Shown here: piece after piece, positions 53,946 through 64,000 of the stretch
How the letters are laid out: each line of letters opens with the position of its first letter
Numbering within the stretch: position 1 is the first letter of the stretch
Assembly (NCBI GenBank): GCA_012295275.1
Contig: CM022676.1
Location: 15,810,001-15,874,000 of the forward strand
Length of the DNA: 64,000 nucleotides
Reading direction: 5' to 3'
Origin: Chrysomallon squamiferum
Lineage: Eukaryota; Animalia; Mollusca
The notes under the pieces: model-generated
What the model was told of the DNA's origin: nothing
What the model saw: the letters and a program-made list of their open reading frames with translations, nothing else
Databases searched by the model: none
Made by a program: the position numbers and the translations under genes

Positions 53946-54229
53946 GTGATACTTTTTATATCAATAACATTTTATTTTAGGCTATGGCGTGTTTGTGTAA
54001 ATTGTTCAGTCAGAGTGGAAAGCTCATAATAAATAAATAAGTCAAAATAACTTCTAAATCAGCTGTATTTCTAAAGCTTTTTAAAGCTTTGATAGTCAAC
54101 GTGATAAGTGCTATGGTAATTTCCATTTTTCGAGACACAGGAGTTTACCAGAGCCTGATTCTAAAAGATGCCATAACAAAATAATGAAAATAATAATAAT
54201 AATAATAAAAAATAAAAATTCGGCATCAG

Positions 54230-56237
54230 GTAAAAATATAATCATTAAGGCCGTTGGGGAAATGTGTACTGCTGTTCCATTACACCGACTTCTTCTCAAT
54301 TGACCTGTAGTTTCTGGAGAGGTGTTGGTGGGTCTCATAGGTAGTTTACCGATGGGGGTAGATATGTTGCTGGGTAAAGATCTTTCAGAGAGTTCTTTTA
54401 GTAAGAAGTGCAGATCTTTACCGGTGATCAATACTCTCATTTTGGCCTGTGATGATAAGGCCTGCGTTACTACTAGGTCTATGGCAAGGAAAATCAAATC
54501 AGTGGAAAATCCTTCAATTGATACATGTTTTTCAAAGATATCTGAAGGAGTAGATGATGTAGATTTATGTAAAACAGTTTCAATCAGAATCTGGTCAAAC
54601 AGTGATTGCTGTTGATCCAGCACGTTGTTTCTCCGAATTAAAAATGTCTGGTGATAAACTCCCACAGTTTGACTGGAATAAAAAGAGCTGCTGTGAAGCA
54701 CAAAATATGATCCATCTTTGAAAAGGGTGTGGTCAAAAATAGTGGACAAAAACAATTTTTTAAATGAGAATGAATGTTTTGTGCGCATAATGATGTATTG
54801 ATGAATAAAACCGTTAGTGAAATCATGACAGATGAACATGTAGTACCTAAAATGGCAGGCGACTAATTTAGGCCAAAAACATTTAGTGAAAGTTCAGACT
54901 GAAAAAATAATAATAATAAATAAAACTATTTAAAAATTGATAGGAAAGCTAGCATAAGAAAAATGAATCCAGGTGACAAGGTACAAATGTATTTGCCAAT
55001 CACTAAATCATCTTTCGGTCCGTACGTTGTAGAATGTAAAGTGGGTGACACAGGTTATATTGTTAATACACCAGATCGAGGTAAGTCGACAACGTTTTCC
55101 CATATTAATCTGTTGAAGACATATCATGATCGGGCTCCGGCGAATCCAACGATGTCTTTGGATGGTGACCAGATGGAAATGTCTGCTCATCAACCAGTGA
55201 AAAGTCTGACATTCGGCTGACTAACAGTCAGTCTAAGTTGGAACAGAAATTGCATCACCTCGCAAGGGAGAGACAAAACGAAACAAAAAATAAATGAATA
55301 TGAACTTCCCTAAATTGTTCCGTGAGGCACCAAGTATAACGGACGCACCACCCAGGATGTGGAAGTAAGATATGTTCTCAAGCCTTCCAGGAATGAAAGA
55401 ATATGTTCTGTTCAAACTATGTAATGGCAGCACCCAATAACCAGCAACCATTCCAGCTGCTTGTAGACGTAATGATGTTGATTCCGGGCCAGTCTATTTC
55501 AGGAAGATCCCATTGTATGAACCACCCAGGCTATGGACTTGATGATGTCTACTAAACAACCCAAGGCGAACCAGGAAAATAATTTTACTGAAGCTGAGCC
55601 ATTGATAACGTTCCTATTTTTATTTGATGTATTGTTTGCCAAACACTTTCAACTGCATGATATGCCAGTGTTCATTATTATTATTATTATTATTATTATG
55701 TGTCATGTGATACCAGAACATTTCTATATCTTTGGTATGCTAAATTTTCGAAATTTGTGGAGGGGCATGTCACGGAATTCAGATTGCGCGACCAATTTTT
55801 TTACTTCAATCACATCCACTCCTTTTAATTTTCAGCGATGGAAATGAAGTTGCTAAACTTTAATTGTTACTTCAAACCAGTTCAGCTTTTTTATTGTTTC
55901 CGCTAATTTTTCAACTCCATGGTGTTGTTATAAATGGGTTGTTATTTGGTAATTAAACTGGTTATGGAAAAAAACAACAATGAAAAATGAAAAAAAGAGA
56001 GACATTCAGCGATATAATATATTATTATCAATTCACCTGTATATTATAATTATATAATTAACATGAACCTTAACTTGTGTTTTCTGTCCTAGTGGATAGA
56101 CAGATTTATTGATTTATATAGATTGTTCTCAATTTTGCGTTTATATTCCTTGTTAGGTGGCCATTAAAGCACCTTGTCACCCTAGACTGAGCCCTAATAA
56201 AACATCCAAGGTGTGTGAAGGTGAGAACCCCGTGACT
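54230..56237 (+). mobile_element. Decayed Gypsy/Ty3 LTR retrotransposon (Gmr1-like), internal fragments plus 3' LTR
   Basis: Protease C-terminus VPLH...VSGEVLVGLIGSLPMGVDMLLGKDL, ACVTTRSMA, integrase GPY/F module PGDKV..LP...FGPYVV..KV.D..YIV.TPDR.K....HINLLK.Y (54963-55130), PPT GGAGGGGCA before TGTCACGG. Confidence 0.8.
55768..56237 (+). repeat. Candidate 3' LTR
   Basis: Starts TGTCACGG directly after the polypurine tract and ends CCGTGAC(t), the inverted complement. Confidence 0.6.
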
Positions 56238-56268
<31 letters not shown>

Positions 56269-57717
56269 TAATAATAAAAATAATAATAATAATAATAAAA
56301 ACAATATAGCCAGATTATGGTGAAATTATTTACACCTTTCGTTTGTTTAAGACTTGCTATTTAATTTTGTCTCGTATGACAAAGAATATATAACATTATA
56401 TATACCTTTGTGTCTGTTTCTAGCTCACAGATATAAACTCATCTATAAACACATAGTTATAAACCATCTCTGACAGATACTCAAACTCACATACACGTAC
56501 TCAAATACTCAGGTCATATATAGCTGTTTTCAGAGACCGAGATACCAATCCCAGACAGAATAAATCACAGTTGTGAATCATAAAATGCTAAATAATGGTG
56601 AATAATTTTATGCAGCTTGTTGAACTAACTTTTCTAATGGTATTTTATGGCGCAAGTCTTCACTGATAGTACAGAACATAAGAAATGTGTATGCGTTATA
56701 CGTGCTCTATCCATTGCATATGACTCTATGCATGTAAGTACGTACGTAGTATGTGTATGTATTTTCTATATATGTATGTATGGAAGATAATTTAACCTAA
56801 TATAATGTATATCTATACATATATGTATGTCGATATGTGTTTATTAATATATGCTTATATGTGTGACCGTATGTGTGTTTTTCTACATATGTATAATTGC
56901 CTCGATATAGCTCTATGTTCTACGTGTATTTATCTCTGTTTCACTGTTTCTGACTGGTATACTTGTATGTAAGTATGTATGTCTATGTCTCTGTCCGGGT
57001 GTGTCTCTGTGTATAAGTAAAACTGAGTTTGAACTTCAGAGATAATGCAAGAGAGACAGAGAAAGTGTAAGGGGGGAAGAAACATATATTTTCTTTTACT
57101 TAAATAAAGATAATTAGACCTGCAAGTATATGTGTATATTTCACTCTTTTTTTCTCTATCTGAGAGAAAGTGTAACAGAGGAAGAAACAGATAGGGAAAA
57201 GATACAAATAAACGATGAACAGATGATAATACTTTATAAATAAATAATTAAAAATAATCTTACCTGTAACAGATTTCGACAGGTAAAATATTCCTAATAA
57301 GAAAAAGTCCACACGGAATAAAACAGAAAATTTCATTTTTGTTTCTCATTGAAGCCCGCACCCTTGTTTCAGTAACAGATACCGAAACACGAGTCACACA
57401 CGTGTTCTGGTATTTTCTCGAAGGTTTTCAGTGAAACGAATGACAACTGACACACCCTGTACTGTATCGTGTTCCTTGTTGCCCAGTCAACTCAGTCCTT
57501 TCACCGTTGACAAAAAAGAAGACTACTGTGTCGCATTTTAAATGATCTAAGTATACCTGCCCATTGAGGAACTTAACCACATATGTCATAATGTCAACAT
57601 GAAATTGATACTTTGATCTTCAAAATCACGTGTTTTTTTAGGATTACGGAGTTGAATGAGAAACCCTTGCATACCCCTTATTTGGCCGAATAGCGTGTCA
57701 CTCCATACACACACACA

Positions 57718-57778
<61 letters not shown>

Positions 57779-57917
57779 CACAAACAAAAACAAAATTAAA
57801 ATATTTTGATAATAGAAATATGTAATAAGAATACATGTCTATGTTTAGTTGCTGTACAAGAGATTTTAGTAAAAATGTTTATCTATGGAAAGCTGGATGT
57901 GTGGACAGACGGACCCA

Positions 57918-57925
57918 TGACGTCA
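57918..57925. promoter_or_regulatory. CRE palindrome (second copy at 59371-59378)
   Basis: Perfect TGACGTCA kept in both duplicates about 550-600 bp upstream of each leader ATG; function inferred. Confidence 0.4.
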
Positions 57926-58333
57926 CTGTTCAAGTGTTTTCACACAGGTAAATATATAGATAGACAGATAGATGCCAATTTATTTGGCTATTTATTTATT
58001 TATTTATTTGTTTGTTTGTCTGTTTAATTAGTTTGTTAGTTAGTAATCTATATATGTAATATCAAGTCAGAGTGAAACATATCTCTTTCTACGTAACGAT
58101 ATCAGAAATCTAGTAAGGCAGGTCCGGTTACGTACAACAGATTTTTCTGTTTGTTTTAAACTCTTTCACAAAGATACAGAGCAAGAAAGAAATAGTGAGT
58201 GTATTTCTTATAGGACATAGTGATTTATGGTGGTTTTAACATCTGTGTTCATTCTTCTGTACATGCTGCAGTTTCAACAACATATTATATTAAGTATGTG
58301 ATTCTTGTTCATGATCTTATTCTTTTTAATGCC

Positions 58334-58374
<41 letters not shown>

Positions 58375-58765
58375 ATTATTAATTTTATTATTGCTACTAT
58401 TATAGAATATATAAATATATCACACATAAATACATTCCGACACATACTCACAAATACACATTCTCGTATATACACACATACACATAGACATAAAACTGAA
58501 GCGATGTCACATAAAACCACTACAAACAAAGCTTCTGTAGGGAACAACTTGTGCAGTCCAGTTAGAACAAAAAATACCCATTTATGATATTTTCTTTTAC
58601 TTAAATAAAGATAATTAGACCTGCAAGTATATCTGTATCTTTCTCTCTCTCTGTCTCAGTCTCACAGAAAGTGTAACAGAGGAAAAAACAGAAAGCGAAA
58701 AAGAGAGAAAAAAAGGATGAACAGAGGATAATACTTTATCAATAAAGAATTAAAAATAATCTTAC

Positions 58766-58838
58766 CTGTAACAGATTTCGACAGGTAAAATGTTCCTAAT
58801 AAGAAAAAGTCCACACTCAATAAAACAGAAAATTTCAT
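58766..58838 (-). CDS. Second signal-peptide exon MKFSVLLSVDFFLLGTFYLSKSVTG
   Basis: Intact ATG, hydrophobic core, phase-1 GTAAGA donor. Confidence 0.65.
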
Positions 58839-60662
58839 TTGTGTTTGTCACTGAAGCCCGCACCCTTGTTTCAGTAACAGATAACGAAACACGAGTCACA
58901 CACGTGTTCTGGTGTTTTCTCGAAGGTGTTCAGTGAAGCGAATGACGACTATCTCGCACTATGCAGTGTCGTGTTCCTTTTTTACGCAGTCACCTCAGTC
59001 TTTTCACCGTTCACAAAAGAGAAGAATGCTGTGTCGCATTTTAAATGAAATAAATACACCTTCACACTGAGGAATAATATATATACTATAGATAAATTAG
59101 TATCATTATTATTATTGTTATTATTATTGTTGTTATAACAACTACAACTTTTACTGCTAACACTATTCCTACTGTGATAGAATACACACACACACACACC
59201 CCCACATATACACACACACAAACACACACACACATAAACAAAACAAAATTAAAATATTTTGATAATAGAAATATGTAATAAGAAAACATGTCTATGTTTC
59301 GTTGCTGTACAAGAGATTTCAGTAAAAAAATGTATTTATGGAAAACTGGATGTGTGGACAGACGGATACATGACGTCACTGTTTCACGTTTTCATTTAAA
59401 CAAATGTTGTTCTTAGTGTTGTTATTAAACACAGGTAGGTAGATACATATTAATTTATCTGGCTATTCATTTCTTTACTAATTTATTTATTTATTTATTT
59501 AGTTGTTTATTTATTTGTTTGTTTGTTTATTTATTTGTTTATGTATTTATGTATTTATATGTGTAACGTCAGGTCAGGATGACATATGTCTATGTACACA
59601 AATGTTATCAAAAATGTAGTCAGGCAGATCCAGTCACGCACAAAAGGTATTGCTGTTATGTTTAAAGTGCTTCATATAAGTGGGTTGTTGGAAACAGAAC
59701 AAGGAAGAACTACTAACTTTATTTCTCTTAGGACGTACTGAACTATGGTGTTTTTTCAGTCTCTGTTCATTTTTAATTATCTCAGGAATGTGATTTTTAA
59801 TGTAATTATTATTGTTGTTGTTGTGGGTGTTGTTATTATTATTATTATTATTACTATTATAATAATTAGTATTATCATCATCGTCATCGTCGTTGTCATC
59901 ATCACTGTTATCATTATAGTCATCATTATTATCATCATAATCATCATCAAGCTGTAAGAACAATTACTGCTAATATTTTTATATAGTTTTACTAGTTGAT
60001 TTGGTTGTTACCATTATTTGACACACACATAAACACACACACACAAAGAAAGACCACATAAACACAAACGCACACACATAGGTACTTTAAATTATTCGAC
60101 ACTTACAGAATGTTTTAATTTTTAATTTTATAGGAGTCCATTTGGTACGTACACGTGTAAGTTCAATAATCGCGTAGTCAGCAGAACGGTGACGTTAAGT
60201 ACAGAAACCAGACAAGCTGAAATACGTGCACAACTACTAAACCGGTTTCTTGTCAGTGCGCGAGTGTCAGCTACAACTTCATTGTTCTGTGTCAGTGATT
60301 TGTGACAAAAACTGAAGTATGTAACTCTTGAAATTATTAAAAACCTAATCACATATGCTGATAATAATTGTATTTTATTTGATTTTACTTTATTTTATGT
60401 TTTTTTTTTTTTTTTTGTTTGAGTTCTTTTTTGGGAGCATTTTTTTTTTTTTTTTTTTTTTTATTATTCGTTTTTTTTTTCTCTTTTTTTTCTCTCATAT
60501 TCTTCATATACTGTAGGACTGTACGATAATTATGTTGTCATTCATTTTAGCCTCTGTGAATAATAAAAACAAAATTACTATGGCAACTCGTTAACGCGAA
60601 ACCTATGACCTCAGTAAAAAAAACAATTAATTAATTAAAAAATGTTGAATTTAAATTTGTAG

Positions 60663-60938
60663 ACGAACCCAATGCTCTGTAGTAAAACATCTCCTCCACT
60701 CTAACAGTTTACAAATGTTATGACATCACAGTGGATGATGATGTCGTAGTGAGGAACACTCCACTACAGCTGGAAGTTTGGAAATAAAATGATCAGAAAC
60801 AGTTCTGTCCTGACTCTTCGCAGTGTCAGTAAATCTGAGAGTGGTAAATCATTTTACATGTACTGCAGAAACCCAAGTTACAATGGACGTCGTTTGTGAG
60901 TGTGATCGTGTTATTGTTATTATTATTATTATAATTAC

Positions 60939-60983
<45 letters not shown>

Positions 60984-61219
60984 AAAAACAATAATTTGTA
61001 TTCCCTTTATTTTTATTTATTTATTTTCTGTTTTAAAATGTGTTCGTTCATTCTGCTTATTTGTGTTAATATGCAGACGAAATAGTGACAGCAGTAGTAG
61101 TGATAGTATTAGCAGCTGCAGCGGCGACAGCAGGGATAGTTGTAGCAGTAGTAACAATAGAAGTAGTACTGCTAGCGGCAGTAGCAGAGTAGGAGAAACT
61201 ATGCGTAATAGTAGTATTT

Positions 61220-61262
<43 letters not shown>

Positions 61263-61988
61263 CAGTAGTAGTAGGTAGTAGTGGTAGTATTATACTGTGT
61301 GGTTGTTATGAGTCAACTGCTTATTTCAGATGAGCCAAGCATCAAGTTAGCCACGGCGAATGGGAAGGTAGAGCTTGAATAATTATCTCCCCTTAATTTC
61401 AGATGTAATGTTGACAGTAATCCATACAGTCTCATGTGGAAATCACGAAACACTTATGTACTTAGTGACAAACACATAGACAGACATACAGATCTAACAT
61501 ATTAATAAGAGTGCAGTCTGAATTAGCTATTTATATGCAGAATATGTTTTTGTTAAAATATAAAATGAAATAAAAAAATGACTTCTTAATTAAATTATAG
61601 TTTCTTACAGACTTTTGAGTACTGACAGAATGTAATCTACTTTTACCAAGTTAAATGAAAAAGTAAATTTTGCATTTTTCGGGTTCGCCAAGACTTGATA
61701 TTCGAGCTGATTTTCAATCCAGATTTGCTCCATCTATCTGTGATGACGTCACACTTACAATACCAGGGAATGACAACCCAGTTCCTACGTTCACTTGGTA
61801 CAGACAGACGGACGGAAAGATGACAGTTGTTGGTTCTGGTGGACTAGACTCACACACTGAAGCGACTGCTGTAGGAAAACACGTTTTAAGATTTGTACAA
61901 GAGAAAGACTTTGGTGTGTATCACGTGACTGTGTCGAATGGAGAAGATAGAGAGAAATTTGTGTTTAACTTTACACTGGTTCAAAAAT
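60663..61988 (+). pseudogene. Decayed multi-Ig (nephrin/hemicentin-like) gene: three Ig exons 60663-60895, 61330-about 61560, 61683-about 61988
   Basis: HYSWKFGNK...VLTLRSVSKSESG..FTCTA; YEPSI...LE*LSPLNFRCNVDSNP; SPRLD...NPVPTFTWY...EKDFGVYHVTVSNG. Stops and frameshifts in the first two; acceptor CAG to CGG and donor lost in the third. Confidence 0.8.
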
Positions 61989-63163
61989 TTAACTTAGAAT
62001 ATTCATACTCTCTACTACTGCTACTACTACTATTACCACTGCTACTGTTGTTACTACTATTCATACACCTAAAATATTTACTAGTCTATTAAAATTAGTA
62101 TTACGAGTACTACTTCTGCTATTAGTACTATTATTATTTCTACTATCATTACCAATATTAAAACTACTACGAACATTCTACATCTTTTACTACTACTATT
62201 TACAACTACTAATATTACTAATATTAATATTAGTACTATCAGTTGTACTAGTAGTAGTAGCAGTAGCATTTTTGTTATCTTTAAATCTCGTTTTCTTTTA
62301 TTGTGTTTTCTGTTTTCTGTCTTATTTTCTTTCTTTCTGAATCATTAAATATTTCTGTCAACATTCCTACTTACCTATTTTTCCTGTCCGTTGGTATGTT
62401 TGACTGTTTATTTCTATTCATTAATCTGTGCGAATGCGTTCTCGAATATTCTGTGTGCAGAGTATAATCAGACGTAGATAGGTAATATTCAGATGATACA
62501 GTAGAATAAGTAAATTAATAATGAATATTAATTAATTCTAAAAAGAACAAATATTATATTTTTGAAGCCCATTAATATTACAGTAACTACAATATATAAT
62601 TAAAATTTCCTGGAAATGTCAGTTTTATCATGTAATTAAAATGTACAAGATCATAACAATTCATGTTAATTGTAATCATACACCTTATGATAATAAATCC
62701 ATTGTGATTGTTATGATTGTGATGTTTGATTTACTGAGATCAGGTTTTACAAAGCTAAACAACGTCTGATTTACAACGGTTAGTGAAATTAACTGAACAA
62801 AGAGATCAAAAAATAATAAGTGTTGAGTTTTAAAATATTTAATTAACATAAGTGAATGCTTCTTAAAACAATTAAGACGTGGGTTACTTGCTGCACTTCA
62901 AAAATCTGCAACATAAACAAAATACTGAACGGTAATAATGGTTTTCTGATGTTACAACTTCTTTAGTAAACACACTCACACACACACACACACAAACACA
63001 CACAAACACACACTCGCATATATATATTAAATAATGTTCTCATTTTTCTTTGAATGATAGTTTTGGTTCTGTGCTGTCATTAAATAAAGAAAATCTTCTT
63101 CTTCTCTTTCTTCCTGTTCTTCTGGCTGTTATTATTATTTATTTTGTTTTCCTTTTATTTTTT

Positions 63164-63213
<50 letters not shown>

Positions 63214-63384
63214 AGAATACCCTTTTCGTTTAACCAAATAGTTCTTGAATTAAAGATTAACAAGTAGTAAAAAGGTGACACAAATTAGGTCATATCTAAG
63301 GCCTCGGTGTAAGAGTGTAAAAACTGCAAGAATTTGAAAAACACAAAGTGAGAATAACTAAACTCTTACAAAAACGTGTCAATT

Positions 63385-63741
63385 AACTAGCCACGTCACA
63401 TCGTTTAATCTCACTCGTTGTCTTTGACCTTCACCGAAATCACCTTTCATGTTCGCCGACATTTGTAAACGTAGAAAAAACAAATGGCGGCGACGATATT
63501 TATGTGTAAATATATGAAGTTTACGTAATATTATTGTAGGCAGTGATTGGCTGGGTGTAAGTAAAGTTGGCTCTGATTGGTTGATTTCTAAAATAACAAG
63601 AAGTAAGTTTAAATATAAGTCTGAGAGTTAATTTTGATTGACAGTGATTGACACACAAGACTCAGTAAGTTTATTTGAAATTGAATGAACTTATTTTTGA
63701 CTGCACACGAAATACATTCATTCTTCTGATTTGAGGTAAGT
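63385..63741. promoter_or_regulatory. TATA-less promoter of a neighbouring gene with YY1, tandem CCAAT and CHR-like motifs and a candidate first-exon donor
   Basis: CCACGTCA about 63391, AAATGGCGGC 63482-63491, ATTGG at 63546 and 63576, TTTGAA 63674, GAG|GTAAGT 63736; locally CpG-richer. Confidence 0.5.
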
Positions 63742-63848
63742 CGAAATGGTTTAGTTTTTCTTACTTAATGAAAAGGTAAGATTCTGTATAAATCTCTGCC
63801 TCCCTCTCTCTCCTTTTTCATCTTTTAATATACATCAACAGTACTTGT

Positions 63849-63909
<61 letters not shown>

Positions 63910-64000
63910 GTAAAAGAAGAAGAAGAAGAAACCAAGAGCGACACTGAGAAGGATTTGATGTTAATGATACTGCTAGATGATGTTTAAGAAAATTAAATAG

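Larger units (their letters stand above)
52006..57336 (-). pseudogene. Decayed type I C-type-lectin receptor: leader 57336-57264, CTLD 56662-56406, TM 53740-53563, terminal tail exon 52261-52006
   Basis: Leader MKFSVLFRVDFFLLGIFYLSKSVTG|GTAAGA; CTLD traces KTC...SCIKLF, WDWYLGL, VSL...RWFITMC...ICELETDTK; TM-like WPCLLCAEPIMTVILDIKLC*RVYIHRHYSR; tail ...HYEKP..*..IKYADE...ITKSEF*. Splice sites and phases (1,1,2) are compatible; multiple stops and frameshifts. Confidence 0.6.
57085..59790 (-). repeat. Tandem duplication (about 1.5 kb offset) of promoter plus leader exon
   Basis: About 57085-58270 matches about 58587-59790, including the leader exon and a TGACGTCA site. Confidence 0.9.

Noticed and set aside
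54111-54839. 242-aa minus-strand ORF, the longest in the window
   Set aside because: Antisense to recognisable Gypsy protease-region sequence and has no motifs of its own

Overview
AT-rich, microsatellite-dense, intron-containing animal DNA. The gene content suggests an invertebrate, possibly a mollusc (inference only). Most ORF-track entries are artefacts of simple repeats, so I reconstructed genes by hand from GT-AG boundaries and reading frames. The window reads as a rapidly turning-over cluster of immune-type surface receptors built from phase-1 exon modules. (1) 578-21044 (+): 3' part of a receptor with at least 7 group-A SRCR domains (pattern 1-2-3-1-2-3-1), then Ig, FN3, TM and a three-exon tail with Tyr motifs (HVYET, SIYENV, HPYEVL). 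(2) 31869-35589 (+): truncated PCSK7/PC7 pseudogene with a tandemly duplicated exon, followed by a decayed ISL2EU-type transposon (YqaJ exonuclease plus THAP-DDE transposase). (3) 39430-52867 (+): two paralogues of a family with leader peptides and unusual cysteine-rich Ig-like domains. (4) 52006-58838 (-): a decayed C-type-lectin/TM/Tyr-tail receptor with a duplicated promoter and leader, interrupted by a Gmr1-like Gypsy relic. (5) 60663-61988 (+): a decayed multi-Ig gene related to the Ig module of gene 1. Also present: a Tigger/pogo deletion derivative, a Tc1 element, a 200-N gap and a CCAAT/YY1 promoter at the right end. No database searches were run; family calls rest on motifs recognised by eye.
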